Source of the DNA: Camelus ferus
Lineage: Eukaryota
Assembly: GCF_009834535.1 (NCBI RefSeq)
Contig: NC_045696.1
Location: 116,376,001 to 116,440,000 of the forward strand
Reading direction: 5' to 3'
Length of the DNA: 64,000 nt
Below the pieces are notes generated by a model. That model searched no databases, had not been told where the DNA came from, and was given only the letters and a program-made list of their open reading frames with translations. The position numbers and the translations under genes are program-made. This document shows positions 12,053 through 24,711 of this stretch, piece after piece. Each line of letters starts with the position of its first letter. The stretch's first letter is position 1.

Positions 12053-13226
12053 TCCTCCGGCAGGCGGGCAGGTGATTCCCCAGACACAGGGCTGCAGCTG
12101 ACTCCAGAGGCACAGCCTCCCAGCAAACGAGAAGGGCTTGGTCCGGGGCCCAGCGGATGAATGGAGCTGAGCTGTGTTCTTTTCCCCTAATGCTCTGTGT
12201 GTTCTCTCTCTGTGTGCTTCTGCCATTAAATAAATACTGAGTATTTATAAAAACTGTCAGCAAACCACCCACCCCATTTTCTCTGCCTCGGGCCCAGGAG
12301 GCCACAAACAGTAACAGGCTGTACCAGAATCTCTGATATCCAAAGAGACAGCTCCGAAAGGACGGCTAAATATAACTCTCTCGCGCACAGGCGGGTGCCT
12401 GCTGCCTCCACTTTCACGATCCGAGCCGTGGAACATCTAGGAAACTTGAATTTGACGGGCCGTTGGCGCTGAACCAGGGCAGAGACAGAGGTTGACTTTC
12501 AGTATTTTCTTTCCTGGCCACCTTTCCATGGAGCTCCATGGAGTCATCGGCCTTCAAAAGGGAGAGTGACAAGACAAAGGATTTACTCCAGTGGGAGAAG
12601 GGCAAGAAACGCAGAGTGGAAGTGGGAGAGAAGACTTGCAAATGTATTTGAACTTCAAACTCTTGAGACACCGACATCCTGCACAAAGTGAACCCCTTGT
12701 CATCCTCTCCTTCGATGTTCTCTCCGTCACTGGCATCAGAGAGAAGTCACCCGTTTCGCTGGTTGACACACTTGCCTTGATTCCCAACTCGGCTGCTCAG
12801 TCCACGGGCAAGGTAACTCACCGTCCAGAACTTCAGGGCCCATGTCTGTAAAATGGGTCACTGGTGCCTGTTTGCAGGGTTGTGTGGATGTGAGACAAGG
12901 TGGATGGAAAGCTTAGAAATAAGCACTGGCATGGTTATTATCCAGTAATGCATCTGCGTGTCTCTTCCCCGTGACACTGAGCTCCTCAAGTGTACAGAAC
13001 CACCACTGGCCTTTCTGTCCTGTAGGAGCTCAACATATGAAATGAATAGTTGACGTAGCATCTTATAGTAAAGGAATTCTTCCCTCCCTTCCCGAGAGAG
13101 TCAATCTTCTAATTTCCTACAAGCTTTACTGTTGATTTAGAGACAAATTCAGAAAATAAAAATCATTGGACACACTTTCAGAAAGGCATTTTCCTACAAT
13201 GTTTCTATGTACACACACACATATAT

Positions 13227-14400
13227 TTTAAATTAAGAAAATTTATTTTTAAAGTAGTTTTAGGGTTACAGAAAAACTGAGCAGAAATTACAAAGATTTC
13301 CTACTTGCCCTTTCACCCCCTTCCCTCTACAGGATGGACATCTTGCGCTAGTGTGGGACATTTGTTACAACGGAGGAGATGGTACTGATACATTATTATT
13401 AACTAAGCCCACAGATTACATTAAAGTTCATTCTGTTGTGCATTCTGTGAGCTCTGACAAATGTATAGTGACATGCATCCACCATGACAGCATCATGCAG
13501 GATAGCTTTACTGCTTTCAAAACTCCCTCATTTATCTCTCCCACCCCCCAACACCTAGGAACCACTGATCCTTTTAGCATCTCCATAGTTTTGTCTTTTC
13601 CAGAATGTTATGTAGCCAGATCACACATTACGTATGTAGCCTTTTTGGACTGGCATCTTTCACCTAGTAATATGCATTTAAGATCCACCCATGTCCGTTC
13701 CTGGCTTGATAGCTCATTTCTTTTAATCGCTGCATAATATTCCGTTGTCTGGATGGACCAAGTTTATTTATCCATTCACCAACTGAAGAACATCTTGGTT
13801 GCTTCCAAGTTTTGACAATTACGAGTAAAGCTGCTGTAAACATCCATGTGCAGGTTTTTGTGTGGACGTTAAATTTTCTGCTCATTTTGGTAACTATCGA
13901 GGAACGTAATGGCTGAGTTGTATGGTAAATATATGTTTAGTTTTGTAAGAAACTGCCAAGCCATCTTCCAAAGGGCTGTACCATTTTGCATTCCCCCTAG
14001 CGATGAGTGAGGGTTCTGTTGCTCCACACCTTCTCCAGCATTTGCCGTTGTTGGTCTTTGGACTCTGGCCATTCTAATAGGTAGGTAGTGGTATCTTACT
14101 GTTGTTTCCATTTGCAGTTCTCTAGTGACATATGATACTGAGCACCATTTCATATGCTCAATTGCTGTATGTATATTTTCTTTGGTGACGTGTCTGTTTA
14201 GATCTTATGCTCATTTTTAGACTGGGGTTTTGTTGTTGAGTTTTAAAGACTTCTTCGTATATGTTTAAAATATCAATTATTTGTCAGATATGTAGTATTT
14301 TGCAAATGTTTTCTCCCAAATTGTGGATTGTCTTTTCATTCTGTTAATATCTTTTGCAGAGCAGAGTTTAATTTTGATGAAGTTCAATTTATCCATTTTT
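13227..14400 (-). mobile_element. old LINE-1 (L1M-type) 3' end and ORF2 tail
   Basis: Degenerate ORF2 C-terminal peptides in the minus-strand ORFs (TCTWMFTAALLVIVKTWKQPRCSS; YHYLPIRMA). Confidence 0.8.
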
Positions 14401-14567
14401 AAAAAAATATGTGATTGAGTTTATTGTAAGAAAGTTAAGAGAAAATGGAGTTGGAAGAAGAAGAGGCAGAGACAACTGGAAAAGGGTTTTCATATGGGCC
14501 TTCTCTCCATCGGCCTCAGCATCCCTGCCAAGAGCTGCCAAATTCTTTCACATCGAGAAGTCGATCT

Positions 14568-15190
14568 TTTTTTGTGGACTTTTGAATGACGGCCATTCTG
14601 ACTGGTGTGAGGTGATACCTCACTGTAGTTTTGATCTGCATTTCTCTGATAATTAGTGATATTGAGCACTTTTCCAGGTGCCTATCGGCCACTTGTATGT
14701 CTTCATTAGAGAGTTGCTTGTTTGGGTCTTCTGCCCATTTTTGGCTTGGGTTGTTTTTTGTTATTGAGTTGTATGAGCTGTTTGCATATTCTGGAAATTA
14801 AGCCCTGGTTGCTTGCATCATTTGCAAATATTTCCTCCCATTCCATAGGTTGTCTTCTTGGTTTGTTTACGATTTCCTTTGCGGTGCAAAAGCAAAACAG
14901 AAACGGACTCACAGACATAGAAAACAAACTAAGGGGGTGGGAAGGGATGAATTACCCAAGGGGAAAGGAGTTCGAGATTTTCAGATACACACTACCATAT
15001 ATAAAATAGATAAACAACAAGGTCCTACTGTACAGCACAGGAAACTATATTCAATATCCTGTAATAACCTATAATGGAAAAGAATATGGAAAGGAATATA
15101 TGTATGTGTATGCATGACTGAACTATTAAGTGCTGTACACCAGAAATTGACACAACATTGTAAACTGACTGTACTTCAATTAAAAAAAAA
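14568..15190 (+). mobile_element. 5'-inverted LINE-1 insertion (antisense ORF2 piece 14568-~14893, sense 3'UTR and poly-A ~14893-15190)
   Basis: Minus-strand ORF2 peptide FCTAKEIVNKPRRQPMEWEEIFAN abuts a plus-strand L1 3'UTR; TSD AAGTCGATCT (14558-14567) / AGGTTGATCT (15191-15200). Confidence 0.75.
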
Positions 15191-17299
15191 AGGTTGATCT
15201 GAGGAGCCATTTCCATGTTGTAGACTCGTCGGCAGGTGAGTAACTTTCCCTCCGTCGCCCTCAGCAAGGCTTCTCATAGTTGTGGTGTGGCTTCATGTCC
15301 TCGACGGGCCCGTCATGGTGAGGATTCTGTCTAGGGTCCTGTATGGGAGGGTGAGAGCAGTGCACTGCACCAGTGTGGTAGATGTGAAGCATGAATTCAT
15401 TATGATTTAAACCTGCATCTTCTTGGTAAGTGCTGAGGTGAGGTAATTTTTCATGTTCATTACTTATATTTCCCCTTGTGACATGTCCCTCAAGTCTTAT
15501 GTCTTTGGGGCAGAAGGGAATGTTTGTCTTTCTCTTATCGATTTGTTCATATTATTTATATTTTTACATATTCTAGATTTAAGTACTTTGTCAATTACAT
15601 GTGTTGTAAATATCTTCTCCCCTGAGATGGTTTGCTTTCCCCCTTTTTATGGTGACATTTACACAATATTGAGTTTTCCAATCCAAAACGTAAATGAGTC
15701 TTCACCTTTATTCGTGTTTTCTTTAATATTCTTGGCAGAGTTTAAACATTTTTTCATATGAATGTTTTTCCCTCATACTTTTTTGGGGTTTATTTCTAAT
15801 TAAATTATTTTCTTGTAATATCCAATGGATTCTGTTTTCTTTTGTATTTCAAATTAATTTTTGTACATTATGCAATCCTCCACCTTATCAGGTTACTTCA
15901 TTCTTTTTCCTTATTTGGGCAGACTGAGTACAAGTTATCATTTTTGTGGACACAATGATACCTCAGCAATATTAAAGGCTTTGGACTCTTCAATAGCTTG
16001 ACACCATGTCTCCTGCCCACTCTCTCCTTTAAGTTGCTTTTTAAACCTGTGTATGTGTCTGCATATGTATTTACAGATGTGTGTGTGTGAGCAGGTAAAG
16101 GTGATGTGGAGCCAGGTTGGTGAGTTTAGATGCAGGCATAAGGAGGACCAAATGTGAGCAGGAAGAAACAAATCAATGAAAGGGGGTCACGGGGAGAGAA
16201 TTTAACGGAAACATATATGCAAAGGTGTTTGTGGAATGTGGGGATACCAAATAATATTACTCAGTGAATATTAATAATAATCACATAGGGAGCATCTGTC
16301 CGGCATGCCATGCTCAGTGTCTGGCAGATGTCTCTCATTCCACATCAACCCAGCAAGGTTATTAGTATTCTCTCCATTTCGCTGCTGACAAAACCGTGGC
16401 CCACACTGGCTAACTCACCTAAGAGCACCAGCAAGGCAGCAGGAAGCTGGGATTTGAGTCCAGTGGCCTGTCCCTAAGCCTTGCTCCTTCTACTCAGCTG
16501 TATCGACTTCCTGTGGGCTGGACATCCCGGGAGCACCGACATCTGCACAAAGAGGCCTGGAAGTGTTTGCTGTAATGTTGATCATTAAGCACTTCCATCA
16601 TTATAGATAAATGGCTAAATACTCTGTGACATCTTTACACTCACTGTGGAATATAACACAGTGGTTAACAAGAATGGGGTAGGTTGATAGGTCCTGACCT
16701 AAAAAAATCATCACCCTCCCCACCCCGTACTAGTAGAAACATTTACAGAATAATACTATGATTATGCTGCCAAATTATTTTTAAAAATACAGAAAAGGAG
16801 ACTTAATGGAGTCTACAAGTGGATTCCTGTATAAAAATTCATCCAGCTGCACATTAAGATTTTGTGCAACTGACTGTAGGGAAATTGAACCTAAATCTCA
16901 AAATAGGATGTGTCTATGTTTTCATGTACCTATATATGAAAATATGTAGAAACTGGTCTGGAGCAATGAATTCACGCCCAAATTTTGGCAGTGGTTACTT
17001 GGGGTAAAGGGAGACCTCTGATTTTCCTCTACACACTCCCGTATTGTTTGATTATTATTAAGAGGAGAATATGTTAAATGGGTAGCTAATAAATAATAAA
17101 AGTGCATGTTCTTATTTGTTAGTAACAACAGAAATAAAATCATCAATTCATGGACGAAATTAACAGCAAGTGCACTTAGGAAGGAAACAAGCCACTGGGA
17201 ATCCACCTTCTCCCCTGCGAAGTACTCTGGGACTGGGTTTTCTTTCTTTCTGCCTCTCTGGAAAGAAGCAGACACTGTCACTTCTTCAAAGGGTTTTCC

Positions 17300-18400
17300 T
17301 GCAACCCTAACACCAGCGGGCCTGAGGGCTGCGGGAGGAGACGGGACTGCGCCCGCCCCGGGGGGCGGGGGCGGGGGGGCGGGAGCCGGCGGGAGCCCCC
17401 GGACTCGCTCAGGGAGGAGCCGTCCGCTCACCTCCCACGCCGACGTGACGCGGGGGGATGCAGCTGCGGGGAGCGACCGGGCAGCGCCGGCGGAAGTGGT
17501 GTGGGTTGAAAAGCGACTGAGTAGTAAGCAATTCAGATGATAACAATCAAATTCCGTTTCTTCCCAAAGTGGCAAAGGTTTGCTTTAATGGCCCGGGGTG
17601 GAGGGGCAGGGATGGGAGGTGAAGCTAGACAGGTTAGCAGGAGTCGGAGAGGCCGGGCTTGAGGGCGTTTACCCCAAGAACAAGAGCAGAGAGCAGGCCG
17701 GTCACACGCCGCAGGCGGCGGGCCCACCTCCGGCTGCTGCCCCGACAGGCAACCAGCCCCGAGCAGGCAGCGCAGCTGGGAGCCAAGCGCAGTCAAACGT
17801 TTTGGTGCCCAGGAGCGAAGTGACAGCAGCGGAGAGGAGACGAGGATGAGCAGAGGGATGCTGAGGCGAGACCGGACAGTCCTCGGGGACTGCCTGCGTG
17901 TCCTGAAAGGGAGGCTGGGGGCGCGGTGGTGCCCAGCTCAACGCCCGTTCAGTCAGGAAAGCTGAACCCCAGGGGTTACGGGGCAAAGAATTCCTCGTTG
18001 AAATCTGACCTCGCACACTTCGTGGAAGGAGCCGGGCCGCTGAACATCGGGGAGGGGGAGGGGGAGGGGGAGGGCTAAGGGGTCCCCAGGCAGTCCGAGA
18101 AGCCTAGGACGTGCAGCCGCTACAGCAGGACCGCAGAGGGGACGCTGGCGGACAGCCCGGCGAAGCGGAAGCGTCGCAGGTCCGACGGCAGGCAACGCAG
18201 GGGGCGCGAGGGCAAGCCGGAACCTCCAGGCCCCTCTGCACCTGGGGTCGCGACGGCGTTCAGATGTGGTGCCCCCAAATTCCTTTCTTGGCCAAGTCTA
18301 ACCTGGAAGCGCACAGGGAAAGGGATTCTGGAAAACAGTTTCCAGCCTAACTAAGCCAATGTCGGAAGGTGACTGGAGGAAAGACGGTGAGTTCTATTCT
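17300..18400. promoter_or_regulatory. CpG island upstream of PP2D1
   Basis: CpG-dense; GC boxes 17360-17383, CRE-like GACGTGACGC 17442-17451, ETS GGCGGAAGTG 17489-17498. Confidence 0.7.
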
Positions 18401-18957
18401 GGATATGTTAACTTTAGACTGACCGGGATACATGCCCATGGAGATGTCTAGGAAGTGGGGTTTATCCAGTCTTCTGCAATATGCAAACAAGCTGCTCTAG
18501 GACTCTGGTTCTAACCCAGCCTGGGGTGAGAAAGTAACTGCGGCTGTGAATTCAGAACCTGGGAACTAAAGACACCAGCCAGGAGTGAAGGCAGCTTCAA
18601 GAAACAAAAAGAAAGTCTCGGGAAGGCTGATAACCTCCAAGCGGTGACTTGGGGAGCAGGATGGAGGGGGTGTCGGGAGATGTGACTGAGATACCTTACC
18701 CCCCAGTGGGAAGGTAACTCTATGTTAATTGATAGTCACTCCTCTCATTTTAAAAATCCCATTATGCAGGAATAATACAGTATATTTAATAAATGAGCCT
18801 TCTTTCAGAACTTTCAAAGTCAAGTTTGTTACTTTGTACAATTTGTGACCTTATTGCCTCACAGTCTTTCAGAATCATAGTGAGTTCTGGCTGAGGTTCC
18901 AGGTGAGGTAGTAAACATTCCACACAGAGGGGTCTACCGCCAAGTCAGTGGGGCCGT

Positions 18958-18998
18958 ACCACCACCAGCACCACCAGCACCACCAGCACCACCACCTC
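18958..18998. repeat. (CAC/CAG)n repeat just upstream of the PP2D1 start codon
   Basis: accaccaccagcaccaccagcaccaccagcaccaccacc. Confidence 0.85.
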
Positions 18999-19091
18999 CA
19001 CTGCTGCCACTACCAGTGCTGCCCAGGTTGGAGGAACAGAGACTGGAGAGAGGTGGTAGAGAGCAAAGGAAGGTAGCAATTCCAAAGGAAT

Positions 19092-19114
19092 ATGGACATT
19101 AATAATGCTTTCAG
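19092..19114 (+). CDS. PP2D1: PP2D1 coding exon 1 (MDINNAF-R)
   Basis: ATG GAC ATT AAT AAT GCT TTC AG|gtaaat. The phase-2 donor joins in frame to exon 2 (AG+A = Arg, then MFWKP). Resembles the recalled human N-terminus MSTNNALR. Confidence 0.75.
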
Positions 19115-19540
19115 GTAAATGCTTTTCATTTTTATTCGATGACAAATGTACTCAATGAACAATTATACGTGTGGTTTTCTTGTCCCTCCATTTTCTTAGT
19201 AATAAAATGACACCTTGGCTTCCTGTTGGACTACATACATGGAGGAGTGACATATTCCTCTGACTACCTTATACAAAAAGGGTTTCCATCTCTCTATACT
19301 CCTGTTCTGCTATATTTTTCATGATAGTACTTATCTGATATTATATTTTATTTATTATATTTATTTTACATTTCCTTTATAATTGTGTGCCTTTTGTATC
19401 AGAATATAAGCTTCATCCCAGACAATGCCTGTTTTGTTTACTTTTCTATCCCAAGCAAGTTAAACTGGCAAATTGCAGACACCCAAGTGTTTGTTGAATG
19501 AATGAAAGAATGAATGAACATATGAAAACACGTTACATCC

Positions 19541-19630
19541 TTTTTTTAAAAAATGGAGGTACTGGGGATTGAACCCAGGACCTCGTGCATGATAAGCAGG
19601 CGTTCTACCACTGAGCTCTACTCTCCCCCC
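19541..19630 (-). mobile_element. tRNA-derived SINE (Vic-1-like) in PP2D1 intron 1
   Basis: TGGAGGTACTGGGGATTGAACCCAGGACC...TACCACTGAGCT; diverged TSD ACACGTTACATCC / ACACATTACATTCC. Confidence 0.85.
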
Positions 19631-21161
19631 AAGACACATTACATTCCAAGAATGGTTCCACGTGAGAGAGAGTTGTATCATGGCTATCCCCTAATTACAG
19701 AAAAATAAAGTTCTGATATAACTTTGTTGTGATTTGATGACTTTAGGTCACATCACAGTATCAGCGTCCCAGTGGTTCAACAAGCCCCAGGAAAACTATT
19801 GCTAGCCAGAGGAAGGGTTGGGTCCCTGTTGGGGCCCTGTGGTGGGGCTTGGTCCTGGATCTCTCTGACTCATCTGATTCTTCTTCTGAGCACATGGATG
19901 GTGCTACAGGGTCCTTCCCTCGTGGCTTCCAGGGCAGGACACCAGCCTTATGCGTAGGCTGCAGCATGCAGTGGCTGGCCTGTTGCGGGTACTGAGGAAG
20001 TAAATGGATGCTGACTGACTACTGAAGTCTCTGAGTGAGATGACGTAACTTTGGGATTTGCTTTCAAATACTCCAGTAATGAATGATGAATGAAATGAAA
20101 TGAAATGAAATAAAGTGGCTGAGGATATGGATAAAAGAAGAGTGAAGAAAAAGTTGATCCTGGTTGAAATGGGCGATGGGGGCTCAAGGTGGCCTTCCAT
20201 TTTTGTGTGATTTTAAAAAATTTTCCACTGAAAAAAAGAAACAAAAACGTGTTGGGGAGGCAAAGCCAGGAAGGCTTGCTAACAGGTTAACAGTTGTACA
20301 GGCATTTATGGAGTGGAAATTTTTAAAAGAAATTTTACTGTTGGGATGAGAATAGAGTTGTGAACGTCGGGGAATTCAGTCCAAGCAAGAGCAGCCCACT
20401 GTACTCGTATCAAGTACAATTTATGTATGAGTTGTGTTGACATTAACTAGTTTTAAAATGTCACTTTGCATAAACAGCTAAAGCTACTAACTTTGATTTT
20501 TTTTTTTTTTTAGGTTTTAAAATATTTTATAACGAAGGCATTTTTTTTTTCCAGTCTCTAATTTCCGTCGTCTCTTGCAAAGATCTCCTGCCCTAGGAAT
20601 TTCCCATAAAATGGATAAAAGTGGCCTCATGTGCTGAGTGGATGCTTCTGAGAGGAAGCAGCATAAGAAAGGGTTTCTGCTTTTGGGAAATTTCTCATCC
20701 AGCGCCACATCTTTTCTTTCCTTTCCTTAGGCCATACCTCTTTCCCATTGTCATCCTACAAATTCTGTCCTTACTATCAATTCTTTTCATTATTCTGCTT
20801 GGTTCTGACATTCTCTTGAGAACTCTTTATTAGGGCAAAAGTGTTTTAAGCAAGACAAAATAGAATACAACAATAATTATGCTCATATTTGAAATCAGAT
20901 TCCTAGAGCTCAGGCATACACGTTCACATGCCTAGATAAAATACTGTGCCAGTTTCTCTGAGTGTTTGTTCTTAGATGCCTAGCTGTCTTTATGGAGATT
21001 TTGCCTAATTTCATTCAGGCATACACAGGTCAATCACCAATTCACTGAGTACTTACTAAGTGTTTTTTTGGGAATCACAGAAAGACGAATCAGAACATTC
21101 AATTCTAGGCTGATATAAAATCTCAAGGAGCAAAGCAAAATGTAAAGATAGGGGCCTGTTT

Positions 21162-21260
21162 GGGGTGGAGGGGAGGGTGTAGCTCAGCAGCAGAACAAGC
21201 ACATGCTTAGCATGCACAGGGTCCTGGGTTCACGTCCCAGTACCTCCACTAAAAAATAAA
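21162..21260 (+). mobile_element. tRNA-derived SINE (Vic-1-like) ~70 bp before PP2D1 exon 2
   Basis: GGGTGTAGCTCAG...CATGCTTAGCATGCAC...GGGTTCAC...CCCAGTACCTCCACTAAAAAATAAA. Confidence 0.85.
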
Positions 21261-21327
21261 GACAGATGTTGAAGAGGTTTTCATTGCATCATTCCTGGCA
21301 TGTAAATAGCTTTCATCTCATTTACAG

Positions 21328-22388
21328 AATGTTTTGGAAACCTAGGCAACTGACTATGAGAAAACCGACAAGTGATTCAGATGAGGAAGTCCCGCTTTCA
21401 TGGAGGAGAAAGTATTTTAGGAAGAAGAGGAGACCCTCAAAAGACTCTGAAAACCACAAGGACCAGGACAATACGCAGACAGTCACATTCCCCTGTTCCA
21501 TATGCAACCATGAAATTGACCTGCCTAGAATTTTCTTCCATAAAAAGCAGCACGTGGCCCTGGCCATGCTGGGCTTTCAGTGGATGGGCGGAAAGAAGCC
21601 GGGGCTCTCAGTGATTGCCACTCAGAGACAGTCCATCATCGCTAAGCTGTTGTCATCTTCTGCATTCACTGAAAAGACCTTACAAAGCATTAATAGTGCT
21701 TTCGAGCTACTCCGGAAGAAGCAGATACCATCATACTATAAGATAATTGACAACATTCCCAAGAGTTCCACATACTCTCAGAAAATCTGCCACCTATTAA
21801 TTAAAGGAGTAGCCATCTGTGAAGACAGGAATTCTATGTGGAGGGTTGACATGAACGATAAATTCACGATAGTGAATAATTTTGGCAACAAGCCCAACGT
21901 GTGTTTTTTTGGTTTGTTTGATGGCCATCACGGGGCCTCAGCGGCAGACCTGACATCCGTGGAATTCCCAGTTTTACTTCTCCATCAGCTCTCCACACTT
22001 GATCCTTCCTACCAAATGACCTCTGACGAGCAAAGCATAATCGATTCCTTTCACACAGTGTTCAGGGAAGACTACACGGCTGTAGAAGACCTCTTCTCCA
22101 GAAAGAGAAAGACAAGAGAGTTGAAAGGGGAGTATGAGAAGATACACAAAGCCTTTGCAAAAGTGTTTTGGAGGATGGACAGGCTTTTACGTCTCGGGAG
22201 GAAAGAAGCCTCCAGGGTTCGATGGAGTGGCTGTTCTGCGGTGACTTGTCTGTTGGAAGGCAACGTTAAAAATCCCTATGCTGAGAGGAGTTGGAGAAGG
22301 ATGGGCGGCCATGATGGTTTGGCAGACAGGTTCCCTTCCCAGGAGATGCCACAAGTCATTTCCGGAGTACTACACATTGCAAACACGG
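21328..22388 (+). CDS. PP2D1: PP2D1 coding exon 2 (protein phosphatase 2C-like domain-containing 1)
   Basis: tttacag|A acceptor and ACG G|gtatgt donor; open frame with PP2C motifs FFGLFDGHHG, SGCSAV, LHIANTG. Confidence 0.92.
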
Positions 22389-24711
22389 GTATGTATGCGC
22401 CAGGTTACACCTTAACCTTGTTTTATTCCTGGCAGCAAAACCTCTCCTGCTTCCAGAATTATTTAGTGACCTATTATTGAGCGACTGATGATAGATATTT
22501 CATTGACTAAATTAAGAAACAATCAACAACCCCGGTTTAAATTCAGATTACAGGCACCAAGTTAATTGTAACTACTTTTCAAGGAGGCACGTATATAAAG
22601 TAAGGTGATCAAAGCATCAGGTTTTCAAATGGGGTAGCAATATAGCTGCTGATAAAGGCAAAGCATATACATTACACTTGCTTAGATCTAAATGAAGCTA
22701 AAAACATCTCCCACACTTCTCTTTTTCAGGGGAATGGAAAGTTCTTTGAGAATCATTAGTACAGTTGCTCAAATGGGTCAGTTATTCTGGTCACTAACGT
22801 ATCTGCACTCTCGTGCTCTCTAGTCAAGTAACATCAGTTTCATCTTAGAGAAAACAATCGTTCCTGCTTTCGTTTTATAGGCATGTATTCTCTTCTCAAA
22901 AACAAAAAATTGGCTATATTCTAATTTTATTTCACAAAGCAATTCTTTAGACCTTCAGCGCTAAAGTTGTAGCTAAGGAGCCTGCCAAAATGAAAAGCCC
23001 AGAGGTAAAACAGCTTTAAGATAACCTGAATTCCATGCTGAGTTCCGTGAGATGCTCAACTAGGGTTCCCCTTTCATGGATAGATTAATGACAGTGTCCA
23101 CTTATAGAATATCAAATACAGAGTAATTTCTCATGTAGTCTTACGAGAACCCTGATATTTAAAGATACCTAAGTATTGTTTGAAAAAAAAATGTTTGGCG
23201 TATAACACTGTGTAAGTTTAAGGTGTGCAGCCTGTTCATTTGATACATTTTTATATTGGAACATGACTGCCATCATGGCGCTATTAAGCACTGTTACCAG
23301 GTTACATAACTATCACTCCTTTTTAGTGGTTGGAAAAATTAAGTTCTAGACTCTTAGCAAGTTTGGTGATAAAATTACGTCTTCTGTGCATGAGCTCTCT
23401 AGGACTGACTGACTCCTCGCTGCAAGTCTGGACCCTGAAACATCTGTTCTATCTCCCCCACCACCCCCTGGTATTTCTAAGTGTTGTTAACCCAGTTTTC
23501 CAGATGAGCAAATGGAAGCTTGGAGAGGTGAAATAACTTGTTCAAGGTGTCAGAGGTGAGAGGAACTGGAGTTGCCTCTGGAGGGGACTGATTCCAGAGC
23601 CTGAGGAGTGAGTCTGGGCCTCAGGAACCGGGAGGCAGACACAGCTCCACACCAGGGCTAGAGAGAATCACAGAGACCACGACAGTGTCAAGGGCCCTGG
23701 AAGCCAGCCAGTTTCTGAGCCAGCTCTGGTTCTGAGCCCAAAAGGAGAGCTCGAGATTAGGCACTGCCAAGGAGCCCCATGCAGTGCCGGCTTCCCGGAG
23801 GCTCTGCTGTTGCTCAGGCTCTACGCTGAGGTTCCAAAGGGCTTCAGGGCAGGCCTGCTTCATGGATGGAGAGTTTTCAGATTTCACACCAATCTGGGAA
23901 CTGATCTATATTCTTGGACTCGGGACCTCTATTAGACAATATCGTTAAAAAAGAAAAAGAAAATATCATTCAATATCAGGGTTCTTGTAAAATTAGAGGA
24001 AAAACTATGAGACATTCAAAAAGTACACACCGTCACCAAGTGGTCAGTTTACTGTGATTCACTAGTTCCAAGCTCACCAGCAGGTTCTCATCTCCAGGTC
24101 AGACATTTGTTGTCAACAGGCTGACATAACTGTGTTAAAATGTTTTCATCTGGGCCCCCTTCATTTTCAGAGAAACAAATATGGTAGGAAAAATACCCAA
24201 CTTGCGAAAGGCAGGTCATGATTTCTGATACAGAAGTGCTTCTACAAGAAAGCAATCAATTTCAATGGGTTACAAAAAATACATTTTCACACGTTTATAA
24301 GAGCATATCTTTGTTATTTTATAAAAATAAGGCCTATAATGATAGCAAGGGAATTCATTTTTCTTGTTTGAAATTTGTAAAATACCTATGCCATCACAAC
24401 TCTGGAATTAACCCCCCCCCCCACTTTATAATGAAACATGAGTGCAGGGATGAAGCCACTGAATAAATGTTGAACTTGTACTTTGTGGAAAAATGTCCAA
24501 ACTGACATTCTTAATTTTTTTGTTACCACCCCTCTTGGAGCTGTCTTATTTCACTTTAACTAGGATTAAAACACTAATGTATTAATACAGAATACATAAA
24601 TTACTTTTTTCCTAACATCAAATAACAAATTTTCCGTTTCTAATTAACCACACTAGTTCCTTATAAACAGAAGGGGTTCTTACTCGAACCCTTATGTCCT
24701 TTCCCCAGTGC

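Noticed and set aside
13351..15267. Cluster of 70-130 aa ORFs
   Set aside because: Degenerate L1 ORF2/3'UTR translations.
16922..18350. 217-aa and other overlapping ORFs across the CpG island
   Set aside because: Low complexity, mostly non-ATG starts, no homology I can recognise.
21266..21327. In-frame ATG extending PP2D1 exon 2 (404-aa ORF)
   Set aside because: It lies in the intron next to a SINE tail. A good acceptor at 21327 and an in-phase upstream exon explain the frame; the ORF tail after 22388 is also intronic.
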